Below the pieces are notes generated by a model. The model was given only the letters and a program-made list of their open reading frames with translations. It was not told the DNA's origin and did no database searches. From positions 685,944 through 749,943 of the forward strand of contig NW_003314355.1 in assembly GCF_000143415.4 (NCBI RefSeq): a stretch of DNA of 64,000 nucleotides, written 5' to 3'. The translations under genes and the position numbers were made by a program. This document shows, in pieces, positions 38,742 to 52,070 of the stretch. This stretch comes from Selaginella moellendorffii (lineage: Eukaryota; Plantae; Lycopodiophyta). How positions within the stretch are numbered: position 1 is the first letter of the stretch; every line of letters begins with the position of its first letter.

Positions 38742-40840
38742 ATATATCTCAAAGGGATGGCATTGTAATGGTACAATGATTTTAGTGTAGCCACTCATAT
38801 GGATTACAATATTCTTTCAGACATCTTCAAGCACCCATTTGGACATGCTAACAACTATGTCAATACCTTTTAACAATTGCATCATCTCTATCAAGAGTTG
38901 TTTAGGTTAATTATGCAATTTGGTATTTACTTCCAAAGTTTTTTATTTCGTGTAGAGCCGAATATGTTAGAGCAAATCAAATTGGGTATGTTGTAGCTAG
39001 CACTATCAAAATCTTGTGAGATTTATGCATACATTTGCCCTAGCCACCTTTGACAATATTTTTTGACTAATACAATGCTATAAAACATCCCTTCTCCCAC
39101 TTATATTTACATGTGCTTCAACTCCACTTCCTGTGGGAGATGATATTGTTCCAATGGAAGGTCAAGCTACAGTTGCCCATGCTCTAGAATAAAGATGAGA
39201 TAGTTGTGATATTTGCTACTAGGTGTGAAATATATTTGACTTAATGATAATTTAGGATTTCTTTCTTTATGCCCTTCTGATCTATGTGCACATGTCCTAG
39301 CTAGTTTCTCAACTAATTTAGACCAACAAAGGGAACCAACAATATTGACTTCCTATCATTATGGCAATAAGGAGAGAGTGTTTATAGGGACTAGCTAACA
39401 AGTATCTTTTGATACTCAAAGTCACATTTGCAACAATTGCAACTGCATCAACAAGACATTATTAATGCCAAGGCTTCCACCCAAAAATTAAAGGACACCA
39501 ATTGAGGAAATGCTAATAATGCAGATACAAGTGACCAATATTATTAAGCTAATAACATAAGTTTCTTATCATTGTATTTACATTTACTACTGTTAAGAAC
39601 CCCCATGATATTGAGTCTAGTCCCTTAATATTAATGTGTGATAGTACCATGTCTCATTATTATGCCCCATATATTAGTCCTATTTCAGTCCTATATACTT
39701 TTTATGGTAAGTGCCTAGATATACTAATGGGTATATTTATGGAATATAGAGAGTGTCCTGAATATCATAGTGATATTTAAATACCTTAATTCACAATTTA
39801 ATGATTCTATATTTAGTAAGTTTTAAAACTTGAACTAAATACTAACTCCTGGAACTAAGGCGAAACCCCATAGAAGAGATGGCTAACACCTTATTATTCA
39901 TATAGTGAGTAGTTGAATGCAAATAGGACAAAGTAGGAGATGGTACAATAAACATGAACCTTGGTAAAGGAATTTAACTAAGGCGAAGGTAAAAGTGGTT
40001 GGATAGATAAAGTAAACTAATAAATTGGAAAAGGAAAAATTATAGTTTATAATATGATTAATAAAGTTGGTAGACACCTTAGGTATATTGTAGAAAACCT
40101 TGTTTATTATCTATTGGAAAGTCACTAGAGTATTATTTAAACTGAATGACATCATTAAGAACTTGTACAAATTAAATGGTGTATAGAAAATAATTATGAG
40201 AACATCCTCTTTAGCTATTGACTCTTGGCAATACCCCTTACATGACAGCACATGGATTCCCAACCTCTCTCCAAATCCCTTCTTAGATTAGACTAAATTT
40301 AAGGTTTGGCCACACTCTTTGTAAGCACAAGCAGTTAAATACACTAAGCCTTTAGGTTCTTAACATCCCTTGGTACAACAAAATTTATTCATAAAATCTT
40401 TTAAATTCCAAGCCTTAGGTGCATTTATTAATTTAGGACCTCAAAGGGAGATATTATGGCCTAACAGCCCATTATAGGTACCTTAACTCCCCACCTTTGT
40501 CCCAAATGAAAAGCCTAATGAGTTGTATAGTACTCAAGTGGAGTACCATTCTATTTGAGCCAAAAAGCACCATAGTTGGTTTCCTTCTAGGAATAAGAGT
40601 TTTTCTTGAGTATATCCTTGAGGGGAATCTCAAGCATCCCTCAAACCCCTACTCACTCCCACCCAAGGCTACTAACCCTCAATCTCAACCCCAACCCAAT
40701 TTGAAAATACCATTGAAAAGTTTCTTCAAAACTAAAGTTTTATTCTTATTATCCCTACTATACTCTTGGAAACCCCCCACAACCCTCTGCCCCTTAGGGA
40801 GATGATCATTTTGGGCTTTTACCCCATAACTTATATTAAT
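38742..40840. mobile_element. Decayed gypsy gag fragment and old LTR remnants related to the young family
   Basis: 38745-39190 resembles 25260-25700. 39830-40050 (+) and 40220-40840 (-) resemble parts of LTR 625-1772 with heavy C>T/G>A decay. Confidence 0.7.
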
Positions 40841-43800
40841 ATTTAATAAAAGATTTTATGAATAAATTTTGTTGTACCAAGGGATGTTAAGAACCTAAAG
40901 GCTTACATACATACATATACATACATATATATATATATATATCCCACTATGCTAATATTAGTATACGGTATCATAGCCATACACTTAAACCTCACATCAT
41001 CCACTCCTCTCAGAATAATGGAAAACCATCAGGGTTCTCTTGTAGATGGGCCGGGATCTAGAGGAACGTCAAAAGGAGGCATCAGCGGATCTGTAGATGG
41101 TATTAATTATTCCTGATCCCTTTGTATGAAGTATTTCAACTGTTGCACATACACAATTTCTGGAGGATTGGCTTATTAGACGTCATGCCAAATCTCATAA
41201 ACTTGTGATTCAACTTGCCACAACACCCAATATAGTCCTTTCCACTGAGCAAGGAGCCCCTTAGATAAACCATGTACTGTAAGATGGGGAAAATGGACTA
41301 ACACTAGGTCATCCACTTTGTACTCTGCATGTGGATGATGGTGGGAGTTGTAACACCATGGTTGTTCCACTTGTACACAGACTGTATTCAGTAGACTCTA
41401 TTTGGACAAGTGGAAGAATGCTTATCAAATACTGATCCCATGACTTAGTATCAGTAGCTTATGGTAATTGCGAAGGTAAACCTAGCTCCGTTGGTAAAAT
41501 TAGATCATGATTATATAGAAGTTTATATGGTGAAGCACCAACAAAACTCTACACCCTTGTGACATATGCATACCAAAGATACAACAAATAACCATCCCAA
41601 TCCAAATGTTGAAAGTTCACATACTTCGCGATCATTTCTTTGAATGTTTGAACGAGCCATTCCACCAAACTGTCTAATTGTGGATGATAAGCACTTATAA
41701 AAGTGTGGCATATCCTCAACTGAGATGTTAAAACGTGAAATGCCTCAACCATAAATACGGGGCCTTTATCTGAAAGAATCCGCTCTAGACAAGAATGTTG
41801 GAACACCACTCGATTGAGGAGGAAATATCTAATAGCCATTGCAAAGGCATTAGTAAGAGCACCAACTTCCATTCAATAAGTCAAATAGTCAAAAACAATA
41901 ATAATATATTCATTGCCAGTAGTCGATTGTGGAAAAAGTCCCATAAGATCAAATGCCATTAACTCAAATGGACGGGAAACTGCAATTGATTCCAACCATC
42001 CTTCCACGGCACGAGGGGGAGTATTATAAGTTTGGCACTAAACATAGTTATGCACATACCGAATAACATTATATCGCATCTTTAGCCAATAGAAAGACCT
42101 CCACAGCTTCTTGGTCACACGACGATGTCTCATATGCCCACTATTAGGAATCCCTTAATTTTTGCCACATTCCTGACTCTCAAGACACTTCCCTATTCCT
42201 AACTCTCTGATTTCCCTTATGATTCTTGATTCTCGAACCACATTTTTTATGATGACGTGGCACCTCCTCGACATCAACTATATTTAGGCCGTCCTTGATC
42301 CAAGAGTGGTGGAGCTTCATCAACCTATAGTATATATAGGTTAGCATTGTTCCATTTCTCCACAATCTGAATCAACGCCAGTCTAAGGCCTCTTCTTTGT
42401 CTCTACTATTTTTCTCTTTGTCTTCTGCATTTTCCAGTCCTGATCTTATTGAGGCTCTTGATAGTTTGATAGGAAGGTGGCGAGGTACTTTATTCCGGGC
42501 GCAAGTATCACAGGAGGTAACAAAAGCTTTGATGTAGTTGTCTATATGAGGCCACCAAAAGTCCCATGCAACCAGCTCATAGGTTTTTACAATGCCTTTG
42601 CCTTTTTCCCCGATTGAGAACAGAGTCGAACTTGCCGTCACGAAACAGGAAGTACACTCCCGCAGCTAGCTTCTCCTTGTAGTAGACTGCTGTGCGCTTT
42701 TTCTTTCTTCTTTGCCAATGGAGTCTCCAAGCCATCCTGATTCCTTCACCAAAGTCCTTGCAAAAATCCAGTTTGAGATTACCGAGCTGAAGGCGGCCCT
42801 TCTTCACATGCAACAGGAGCTTGCTTCACTTTCAGCTCAAGGATCAAGCAGAGTTCTTGAACCGAAGGTGAGTTTCCCAGCGAAGTTCTTAGGCAAGCGT
42901 TCAGAGCTTTGCAGATTCCTAAACCAGATGGAGCTGATTTTCGCACTTCAACATCGGCAGTACCCCACTCTTGAGTCTCAAATCAGCGTGATCGGGACGT
43001 TGCTTGAAGGTGCAACTTTATCATGGTTTTCTCCTCTCCTACAGAAGAGCATGAAAGGGGTCATGGTTCCGGAGTTGATGGATCTTTAGTTGTTCAAAGA
43101 GAAGCTCGAAGCATGTTTTGGCGAGATGGATCGGGTTCGGGCTGCCACCACAAAGATGAAACGTCTCTCTCAGGGGTCTCATTCTGCCTCAATCTATGTT
43201 GCGGAGTTTCAACTCCTTGCCTTGAACACTCAGTGGGATGAGCAGGCCATGATTGATCAATTTTGTTTTGGCCTCAACAATAGTGTCAAGGATTTGTTGC
43301 TCACCATGGAGGATCCAATGGACCTGTCGGATGCTATCAACAAAGGTATTTGATGCAATAATTATCTCTTTGAACGTCGTCAGGAAAGTTGCCATGCTGC
43401 CATTTCCCATCCCAGACTCAGGAATCTCAGCTTGAGTCTTTGGGGCATATTCTTGAACCTACTGCTCTGGTCCCAATGGATATTTTTAGTACTCCCGGAA
43501 TCATCAGAAGGAAGTTGAGTCCTGCTAAAAAGCAACATTGAGTATCTCAGAATCTTTGCCTTTACTGTGCTGATCCTAATCACAAAGCAGCTGTGCGTCC
43601 CAAGAAGCCTCCCCAACTGCTCAAGTTCACTCTACCTCAAGGTCCACCTTTGTTACAATTGGGAAATGACCCTGTCCAAACAGAGTAGGAGCTGTCTGTT
43701 TGGACTCCTTGAATAAAAATCACTTTTCTTCTTTATCAAGCTCTTCACCACCTTTCATCAAAGCCACTACCAATTCCCACAACTTCCACATCCCATGTCT

Positions 43801-44881
43801 TCTTTCACCAGACAATCAGGATTCAAGGCTCTGGCACTACTAGACTCGGGTGCAACTTCCTGTTTAATGGACACGGACTTTGCTGCGCGACATCACGTTC
43901 CTCTTTCTCCTACTCTGAGGGTTGAAGGCATCGACGGGCATTTTGTGTCTCCATCTTCTGGACTTAGGGAAACGTTGCCCGTTTGAGTACACATCGGGTC
44001 CACCATCACTGATATCGCCTTCAACATCATCAATAGTAAGTCCTCCTCTGTAGTGCTCAGCCTTCCTTGGTTCCAATTGCATCAGCCTCAGATCTGTTGG
44101 AAGGAATTACAGCTCTTCTCTTCCACGTCACCATCTCCCACGTCTTCCCTTGCTGTTCATCGAGTCCAAATCAGGAAAAGTTCCTTAAACTCAAATTGGG
44201 GTTTTGTTCCTGATTCTACGAAATTTTCACCCTCTTTGCTCCCTATCCCTCAATCTTCTTTTCCCTCTCTTTCATCATACACTGGACAGTATCCACGTTC
44301 CATCATTCCATTCAGTCATACACCTCTTCCTATCTCCACAATCACTATGAAAGAACTCCTTCATGAAGAACTTGTTTTCCTTTTTGCTTTGCATGTTTCT
44401 CCTATCAGTCTTCCTGATAAGTATCATGATTTTCCATTCAAGCTCTATTTCGTTAAAGTGGGAATTGTCATTATCCCACTTGTAAAATAAGGTTTCCAAA
44501 CCTTTATATAATATATAAATATAACAAAATTCAACTGCATTGAGGCACATGCCATTTTATTTTAAACAAGGAAATGTCTACTCAATCACTTCTCCTCCCC
44601 CTGCCACTGCTTCACCTCTCTCTTCTCCTTGTCATCGTCGTCCAATTTCTTTCCATCCTTTTAATATTGGCTTAGTTGCTCCGAGTCTAGGTGGAGCCCA
44701 AGTCCCCATTCAATCTTTACTTTCCCCTTATTAATAAAACAACTTCGTAGACTTCCAATAACATGCTGTAACACTTCTAGTATAATGCAAATCCTCTCAA
44801 AGAATTGTCTTTTAATATTAATACAATGGCATGGAACCCCATGCCATAATAAGTTACATTTTTAAATAAATACATGCCATC

Positions 44882-47214
44882 TCAGACTGTTATTTTTTGC
44901 CTCCAACGCCTATACAATAATCTTGGAATTTCATCACTCTCCACACTATCAGGATTTAAACCCAATAGTAATGCCATCTCTTCTCTAATACGTCCACGCT
45001 CATGTTCAGTGGTCGAAGAACCCATCCGGTTGAGCAGATTATGGAGATGCGGATAGTGCTTGGCTAGACAATATACATGCCATAAATGATGACTGGTGTC
45101 TGTCCGATCAAATGGCTTCTGATATACCGTTCCATCTGCCATTTGGTTGATTTCTGCAGCCACCTCCTGGACTGGCCGGTTCTCTATCACCATCGCTTCA
45201 AGCCGTTTTGCAAGGTCCCCCAGAACATATGGTTTCTTCTCCCTAGTTTCCATACTGCAAGAGATGGGGTGCACTGCATATGTGTGCGTGTTCGCTGCAG
45301 TTTTAATCGGCGAGTCATCGATGATGAGGATTTCACTTGACCTAGCAGTCCGGTTCATCACTACAGCCTCTGGCTTGACGAAGATGGGCTTGCTACCCCT
45401 CACATGGACCATAGTCAAGCAATCCTCCTGCGTTTGGAGAAAGTCAAATGGTAATATTACTCGCGTCTGATCGTACATCATCTGTAGCAATGTTAATGCA
45501 TTGTGGCGCATCATGGATGTTTAAACTCCCAATTGCAAATTGAACCCGGCCCTCTGTTTTAAGTGTCGCATGGTTATTATTAGATCCCGTAGTTTCTCCC
45601 GTGTGATTAATGTGAATCTGTCTCTTTTGACCAACTTGCGACCGCAGGCTTTGGAGGGTGCAGTGACATTCGAGGACGAGCCACGCTCATGGGAGAAAAG
45701 GACACCGTTCAGATCAAAAACGATACAGTACTTTCGCCGTGACTCTGAAATGAAATGCATCAGCATAAAAAATGGTACAAGTCAATTTTACCATCTACAA
45801 TATTAGCGAATGGTGCTCCCGATGGTCGTTCAGAGGGTTTTGGTCGAGGAAACGTGAAGGGCGGAAATACTCTCCTCTGCAATGTGGGGTCAATCGCATC
45901 CTATGGCGTGTGGGCACATGCCATTTCAGCTGTAGACTCTGGTACAACTGGCTCAACAGTGGCATGGGGTGGTTCCGATGGCGTGTGATCACACGCCATT
46001 TCAGCTGGTGCCTCCGTTGGCAAAGTGGACATGACCGAACAGGCAGCAGGGGCGGTGTAGGGAGGTTCCAACGGCGCGTAGTTTGACGATTGGGCACACG
46101 TTGAGTCCGTTGAAAATGAGGATACGACCGGCTCGGCGGCTGGGGCGGCCTTATGCGGGTCCAATGGCGCCTGGTCACCGTCAGTTGGATACGTGGACAA
46201 GATTGACTCAGTGGTATGGGCAGCATCAAGTGGAGCGTGGTCAGCTTGCTTGGCGTTGATATGGATAGTAACCTCCACCAGCTCTGATGACTCTTGCAGG
46301 CAAGTAGAGTCCACTGGCGGATCCATATGCATGTCCAAATATCTCCCTTCGATTGAGATGGTATCCTCCCTACTGGCTACTAAAAACAAACTCATTAGCA
46401 CATTGAATCGACTATACTGTATTTACCATCAACTGCTATTGGGCGCACTACTGATTCTGAAGGATTGGACATACGTTTCGACCCTTGCTTGGCACTATCC
46501 TTCCTCGACACTAAAGGCTAGAGTTTGTATCTTAATTCAATTGAATAATCTTTACTTACCATTTCTTCTGCGACCTACATGGACAATGTTAGAAATGGTA
46601 AAAGGTTAGGAATGGATGTACTATTATTTACCTGATGGTTTGTCTTGTATGACCTTCCTCCGCTGCTCTTTGGCCACCTCAGGCTGGCCATCGTCGTCAT
46701 CATCGTCATCGTCGTTATTGTGATCGTCACCATTGTGAGGACCATCCAAGTCCTCTTCGTCCTCCTCTTCTTCGTCCTCCTCTTCTTTGTCCTCCTCTTC
46801 GTCCTTCTGCTCTTCCTGCTCATTATCTTTCTCTGGCTCCTCATCCCCCTCCTGCATTTCTTCCATAGGCTGCTCAGGCTGGATGGCTTGTTTTTCCAGG
46901 ACCATCTTGGGAAAATCATCTGGCCGAGTCTCCATCTCAAAATACAAGAGATCCATAGCCTATTTCAGTGCTTGACCTAGGACCGTATCCTCACCCGACT
47001 GTCTTAACATGGTTTCTGCACGTTCTTGCACCCTTCGAAGATGACGAGATGAGAAAAACGTGGCCCTGACTTGAAAAGCATCCCTCATCCATTGTACCTC
47101 TCCATTGAGATTGGGGAAGGGGAGTCCGCCATAGGAATCTGAGTCAGGAGGTGGTGACTGGCTCCTTTCACTCAGCCCTTGATCTGCAATGAATGGCATG
47201 AGCACATACGCCAT
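44882..47214 (-). pseudogene. Transposon cargo: acidic and Pro/Ala/Thr-rich linker plus FCP1/NIF-type HAD phosphatase domain, with premature stops
   Basis: CIVFDLNGVL, LGV*TSMMRHN (TAA where W is expected), ILIIDDSPIKTAAN. May be spliced to the upstream 50460-47660 gene. Confidence 0.7.
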
Positions 47215-47659
47215 AACCGCGAGGCATTACCTATCATCTTTTCGTTGCCCTTCTTCCTTTTCGAATCAAACGCCTCTGATCCCGACGACTGTCCAACGTG
47301 CTTTCGCTTTTTATGACCACTGTCAGTTTGAGCTTGGCTGGTGCTTGCCTGTTTTGCCTTTGAAGAAGTGTCCCCTGCAAGGAATGGCATGAGACCACAC
47401 GCCATTGCAAATATAATTTGTACCTCCTTTTTTCCTATTGCTTGTCTGTTTGTCCTTCTTCGACGCGCCACTAGTGCGCTTTTCAGTCCTCGTGTCTGAA
47501 TATTCACAACGATCTATAATCAAAATGGCGTGAGGCCTCACGTGACCTTACCTTGTGCAAGTTGTGAGCTCGGCCTAACATCAGTAGCTGTTAACGCCGT
47601 TTCAGCATCTGGGGGTGGCCACGCTCCTGCATACAGAGCTTGTGAGATAACATTTAACC

Positions 47660-50460
47660 TTAAAGTGCGTACTCACCAGGTTCGCAGAGAAGATATTGTT
47701 TTTCTTTGGCAACTGTAATTATATGCTCCATTGAAGTCACCTCTTCAATGGAGTTTGTCACCGCAACACACGGGACACCCTTGAGTAGTGCGGCTCGAAA
47801 GAATAGTCCGCCGCAGTTGTACTCGACAACGCATTTGCCCTTGGTGTCACCCGCTATTGCGTTGAAGACCCAGCTGAGCATTTCCCATGCTACACCTGGA
47901 GCTTTCTTTGGATTCGAAAGCTCCATAGCCGTCTTCAGTTCCTCAGGCACGGGTAAATTGACCTCCCTCAGATCAATTCGATCGGCCTTGTCGAATGAAG
48001 CTGGGAAGTCACTCCAGTCCCACTCTGCTACAGGACCAATAACAAGGGCGAGTGTGAAGATGTGGACATTCGTCGGTATCTTCTTCTTAGCCATTATCCC
48101 ATGGATCTCCCGCATCTCCTTGCCTTTCAACCGAGCCTTCACCTCATTCAAGGCCTTCCAGAACTTGTGATAGGATTCGGAGTCGTAGATCATATAGTGG
48201 ATTGAAGATTCCACCTCCGCAAGTCCCACCATTAAGTCAATGATGGAGCTGACTTCGTCTACATGAGTGATCTCTTCGTTTGTGAAGTCCATCACACAAA
48301 AGATGCTCTTGACCTGCTCATCTCCGCGGGAAACGATGCTCCTCCACCTTTGATCCTCATCCGAATTCACGTATACCTGGTAAGGTTCTCGATAGGCCTC
48401 TGCTGCGGGGTCGAGCTGTTTCTGAAGCCGGTGGTCGACATCCCTTTTAATGAAATTTGGATACTGATCCAACTTCTCAGCTTTACTTTTCGTGGCATCC
48501 CGCAGCAGATCGATGAACTTGGGGGCCCCCTTCACGTACTCGTCGATGTCTTCATTTGACAAGTCCAGCTCTTCCATCATCTCTTGCGTGGTGTCGATGC
48601 TCACCCTCTCCACGGCCACTTGCTCGAAGATCCAATCCTTCAATAGTGCACGAGCTCTCAGAGTCGTGCACAAGTCCTCGTATGTCACAATATGGCCGGG
48701 AGTCATTTTGGTCTTGTTGAAGACTACCTCACCACGTAGAAGAGCATTAGCCACTGTCAGAAGGTCGTCGTCGTCTAGAGACCGCGAGAAACGCAAGGCG
48801 TTGAGCTTCAAATCATTGGGCTTCCAGCCGTCCTCCACACCCATTGAGTTTAGCAACTCCCCGTCATGGTACCTCCTCAGCACATCTACCCATTTGTCAA
48901 AAACAACTTTTGTCGCGAGTAGAATGTTATGGATGCTGAGTGTGTCATTGACCCCCAATGTTTTCGAGAGAAGACTCGAGAATTCCTGCAATGGAAATGG
49001 CGTGAGGCCACATGCTATGCCACATGCAACGAGGCTTACCTGCCAGGCGCTAGTTGCTAGTGCACGTCCTTGTCCTGGTTTTTGTGGCTTCTTCAGTTGA
49101 ACCCAGAGCTTCCGTGTTCGTGCCAATGTCTCGTGTAGACCCAATTTGTAGCATGTTTCTTGCTTGACATTCTGCGCGTGGGAGATGGATATGATAGATC
49201 GGAGGGGCGAGTTGCCTTTTATCAGGCGGACAACTCTTGTCTTGAAGACTTTCTTCACCTCCTCGCCCACCATAATATCCACAACTATCTCTTGCATCGC
49301 CAAGCTAGAATGCTGCCCGGAGACGGCATAGAACCGGATGTTCTGATCGTCCAACACCTTCCTATTGATCAAGTTTGGAAACCTCGTCTCGCCCTTCATT
49401 GTTTGGTAGTAGGGGATCACGTCTGCGATGTCGGGTGTTACTGGACTTGCCAGCATCTTCTGCTTCAGTTTCTCCACCCACTCATCAGATACTAGCCTAT
49501 GGTTGTATTTGCTTTGGATGTCGATACGGCTCACGTCGATTGTATATACTTTGTTGGAATAGTAACAAGTACTATTATCTGCGACGATTTTTGCTGCCTC
49601 TTCTTGCTCTTTCTGCTCTTTGCGGCTCTTCTTTTTGGTGGGTGTAGTGTTTGAACCCGAGGCAATGGCATCACCGAGTAGCTTCTTTTTTGGAGCAGCA
49701 GAGTCGGACGTCGGCTTGAGCTTGACCACCCTTTTCAGCTTCGGGGTAGTTTCCAGATCGACACCCTTCCCCTTCGCTTCGCGAACTGGAGGCACTCTCA
49801 ACGGCTCAATGTTGGAATATAGTTTTTGAACATCGCCGTAGGTGAGGTCCATGGATTCCATGTGATCTTCATAGACCCGCAGCGTCTTTGAAATTGTGGG
49901 CCTCCTGGACAACCTCTCCCTAGCTCCCTCTAGGAATTCCTCATAGCCGCTGCCCCCCTCCGGGAAGCCGCTAGGATGTGCAAGGTGGATCTTGAAGGCG
50001 GATGCTGTCTCTACCACAAGTGCCAGTCCATATTCTTGCATGGAACTGCATGGAGTGTCTGTCACTTGGATGAGGATCCCCATGCATTCTTTTCTCCCAC
50101 CATCTGTGTTGTACAGCATCAGATCCTCGCCTTCCATCCCGAAAGTCCAACTGGTGAGCTCCTCCCCCTTCTCTGCATCCACATTGACAGTGGCTGGAAG
50201 AAGAACGCAATTCCTCGCCTGTTCAGAAATGCACAACAATTAGAGCTGACAGATGAAAAGCTAGCAGCTGGAAATAACGTGAGGCCACACGCCATTCACC
50301 ACTGCATCAGATGTCTTGAGGCTGCATCCTAAGATGGCGTGAGGCTACACGCCATCTGTAACCGGACTGCACTCGAGAGCCCAATCGGTGCATGCCAATG
50401 TTGCTACTGAATGGCATGTGGCCTCATGCCATTTTCTACTTGGCCTAAAAGACTTACCAT
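47660..50460 (-). CDS. Transposon cargo protein with a ParB/Srx-like domain and a degenerate amino-methyltransferase-like C-terminal region
   Basis: 859-aa open frame. IDVSRI..YNHRLVSDEWVEKLKQKM...FYAVSGQHSSLAMQ; NPKKAP..MLSWVF..TKGKCVVEYNCGG.FFRAALLKGVPCVAV. Possible ATG|GT exon at 50458-50460 and in-frame intron 48986-49039. Confidence 0.65.
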
Positions 50461-52043
50461 TTGAAGCCGAATGGAGGCCGTGACAATCGAGGCCGGACTC
50501 GCTGGCGAATGTGCACTGTGTGTGCAGCGGATCGTAGCAGCAAGGCTACTCTGCCACTTACAGTTGGAGAGTGGCGCTGAAATCTCCCGGGACGCCAAGT
50601 GGGCTGCGTGTGGGTGGCGGAGTGGGCGGCGGAGTTGGCGGCGAAGTTACAAACTGGGTGTGTCTTGAAGTGGACGCCGATGCACACGAGCGCGATGCGA
50701 GCGCGAGTGTGATGCAAGCGCGAGTGGACGCCGATGCACACGAGAAACCTGTAGAGAAGTGAGCGTGATCGCGAGTGGGAGCGTGATGCGAGCGGGAGCG
50801 CGAGTGTGATGCGAGCGCGAGCGCGAGTACGAAGCAAAATGCAAAACCTAACCTCACACGTGCGAAATGTCACAACGGTTGGTAATCCCGCCACGTCATC
50901 ATTCCTCGGACTTGGGCGCCACCATTCATTTCTGGATTGCCGTGCGCATGCAAGCACGCAAAATCCAAAAGAAATCCGCAACGTCATCATTCCTCGGACT
51001 GCATGCACGCGAAATCCAAAAGAAAGATCATGATTGGGATATCATTTAATACCCTCGCTATATTTATACCATGCATGATTGGATATTCCAAAGCATCTTG
51101 TATTTCCAAAAATGGCAGATGTTCAGCTAAATAAAGAAATTCTATCTGTTTCTATTTTTCTCTCAAATCAATATTATAGCGTGTGGGCTCATGCAATTTT
51201 GAACCAAAGAAACCCAAAAAACGTTAGACCCAAAATATTTTGAAAAAACCCAAAAAACCCTAAACATTTTAAACCCAAAAATCCAGGCGTCCTGTGGCGT
51301 TATTCCTTGAATGGCGTGTGGGCGCATGCCATTTTCAGGGCCAAATGCTGAATGGAGAAAAATTCCCTTTCAGTGCAAATGCTGCAAGAGGCATATGCCG
51401 AGCACAAAGGACTGTAACTACCTCACATGACATAGATAAACTTTTCTCTATTTAGGAAAGATAAACTTTATAGCGTGTGGGCTCATGCAATTTTGAACCC
51501 AAAAAATGCACCAAAAAATTCTCGGCGTCATCTAGCGTTATCTCTTGAATGGCATGGGGCCGCATCCCATTTTCAGGGGCACATAGGAGTATATTCCTAG
51601 GATATTCTAACATGCGCGAGAGTTTTTTGAGTTTTCTGGAGATCCAACCGTTAGATCGCAACTAGATTTTACAGAATGGTATACAATGTCTTTCTTGATG
51701 ACCCTGCAAAGAAGCATCTCGATCGGACACCACATGAGACCACACGAGCCTTACAATGTTTCAGGGGCATTTGCCATAGATTCGACCGTTATTTTGCTCC
51801 AAGATTTTACAGTTTGGTGTGCATTGACCTTTCCATCGACACTGCAAAGGGACATCACAATCAGATGCGGGATCACAAGAAACTAACTTCACTAACTCTG
51901 GTTTCACCAAGATCTACGTAAGAAGTTATGAAATGAAAGGACCCTCTCTATTGAAATGTGTTTATGGTCCTAAGGGCATTGTGACATATCAAAGGATTTT
52001 GCATCAAGTTCTGTATTTGCATGTTTATCAAGCTACTGAATTG

Positions 52044-52070
52044 CTAAACCCTAAACCCTAAACCCTAAAC
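52044..52070 (+). repeat. Short (CCCTAAA)n plant telomere-like/telobox tract
   Basis: CTAAACCCTAAACCCTAAACCCTAAAC. Confidence 0.8.

Noticed and set aside
52044-52070. True telomere
   Set aside because: Fewer than four units, internal to a transposon.
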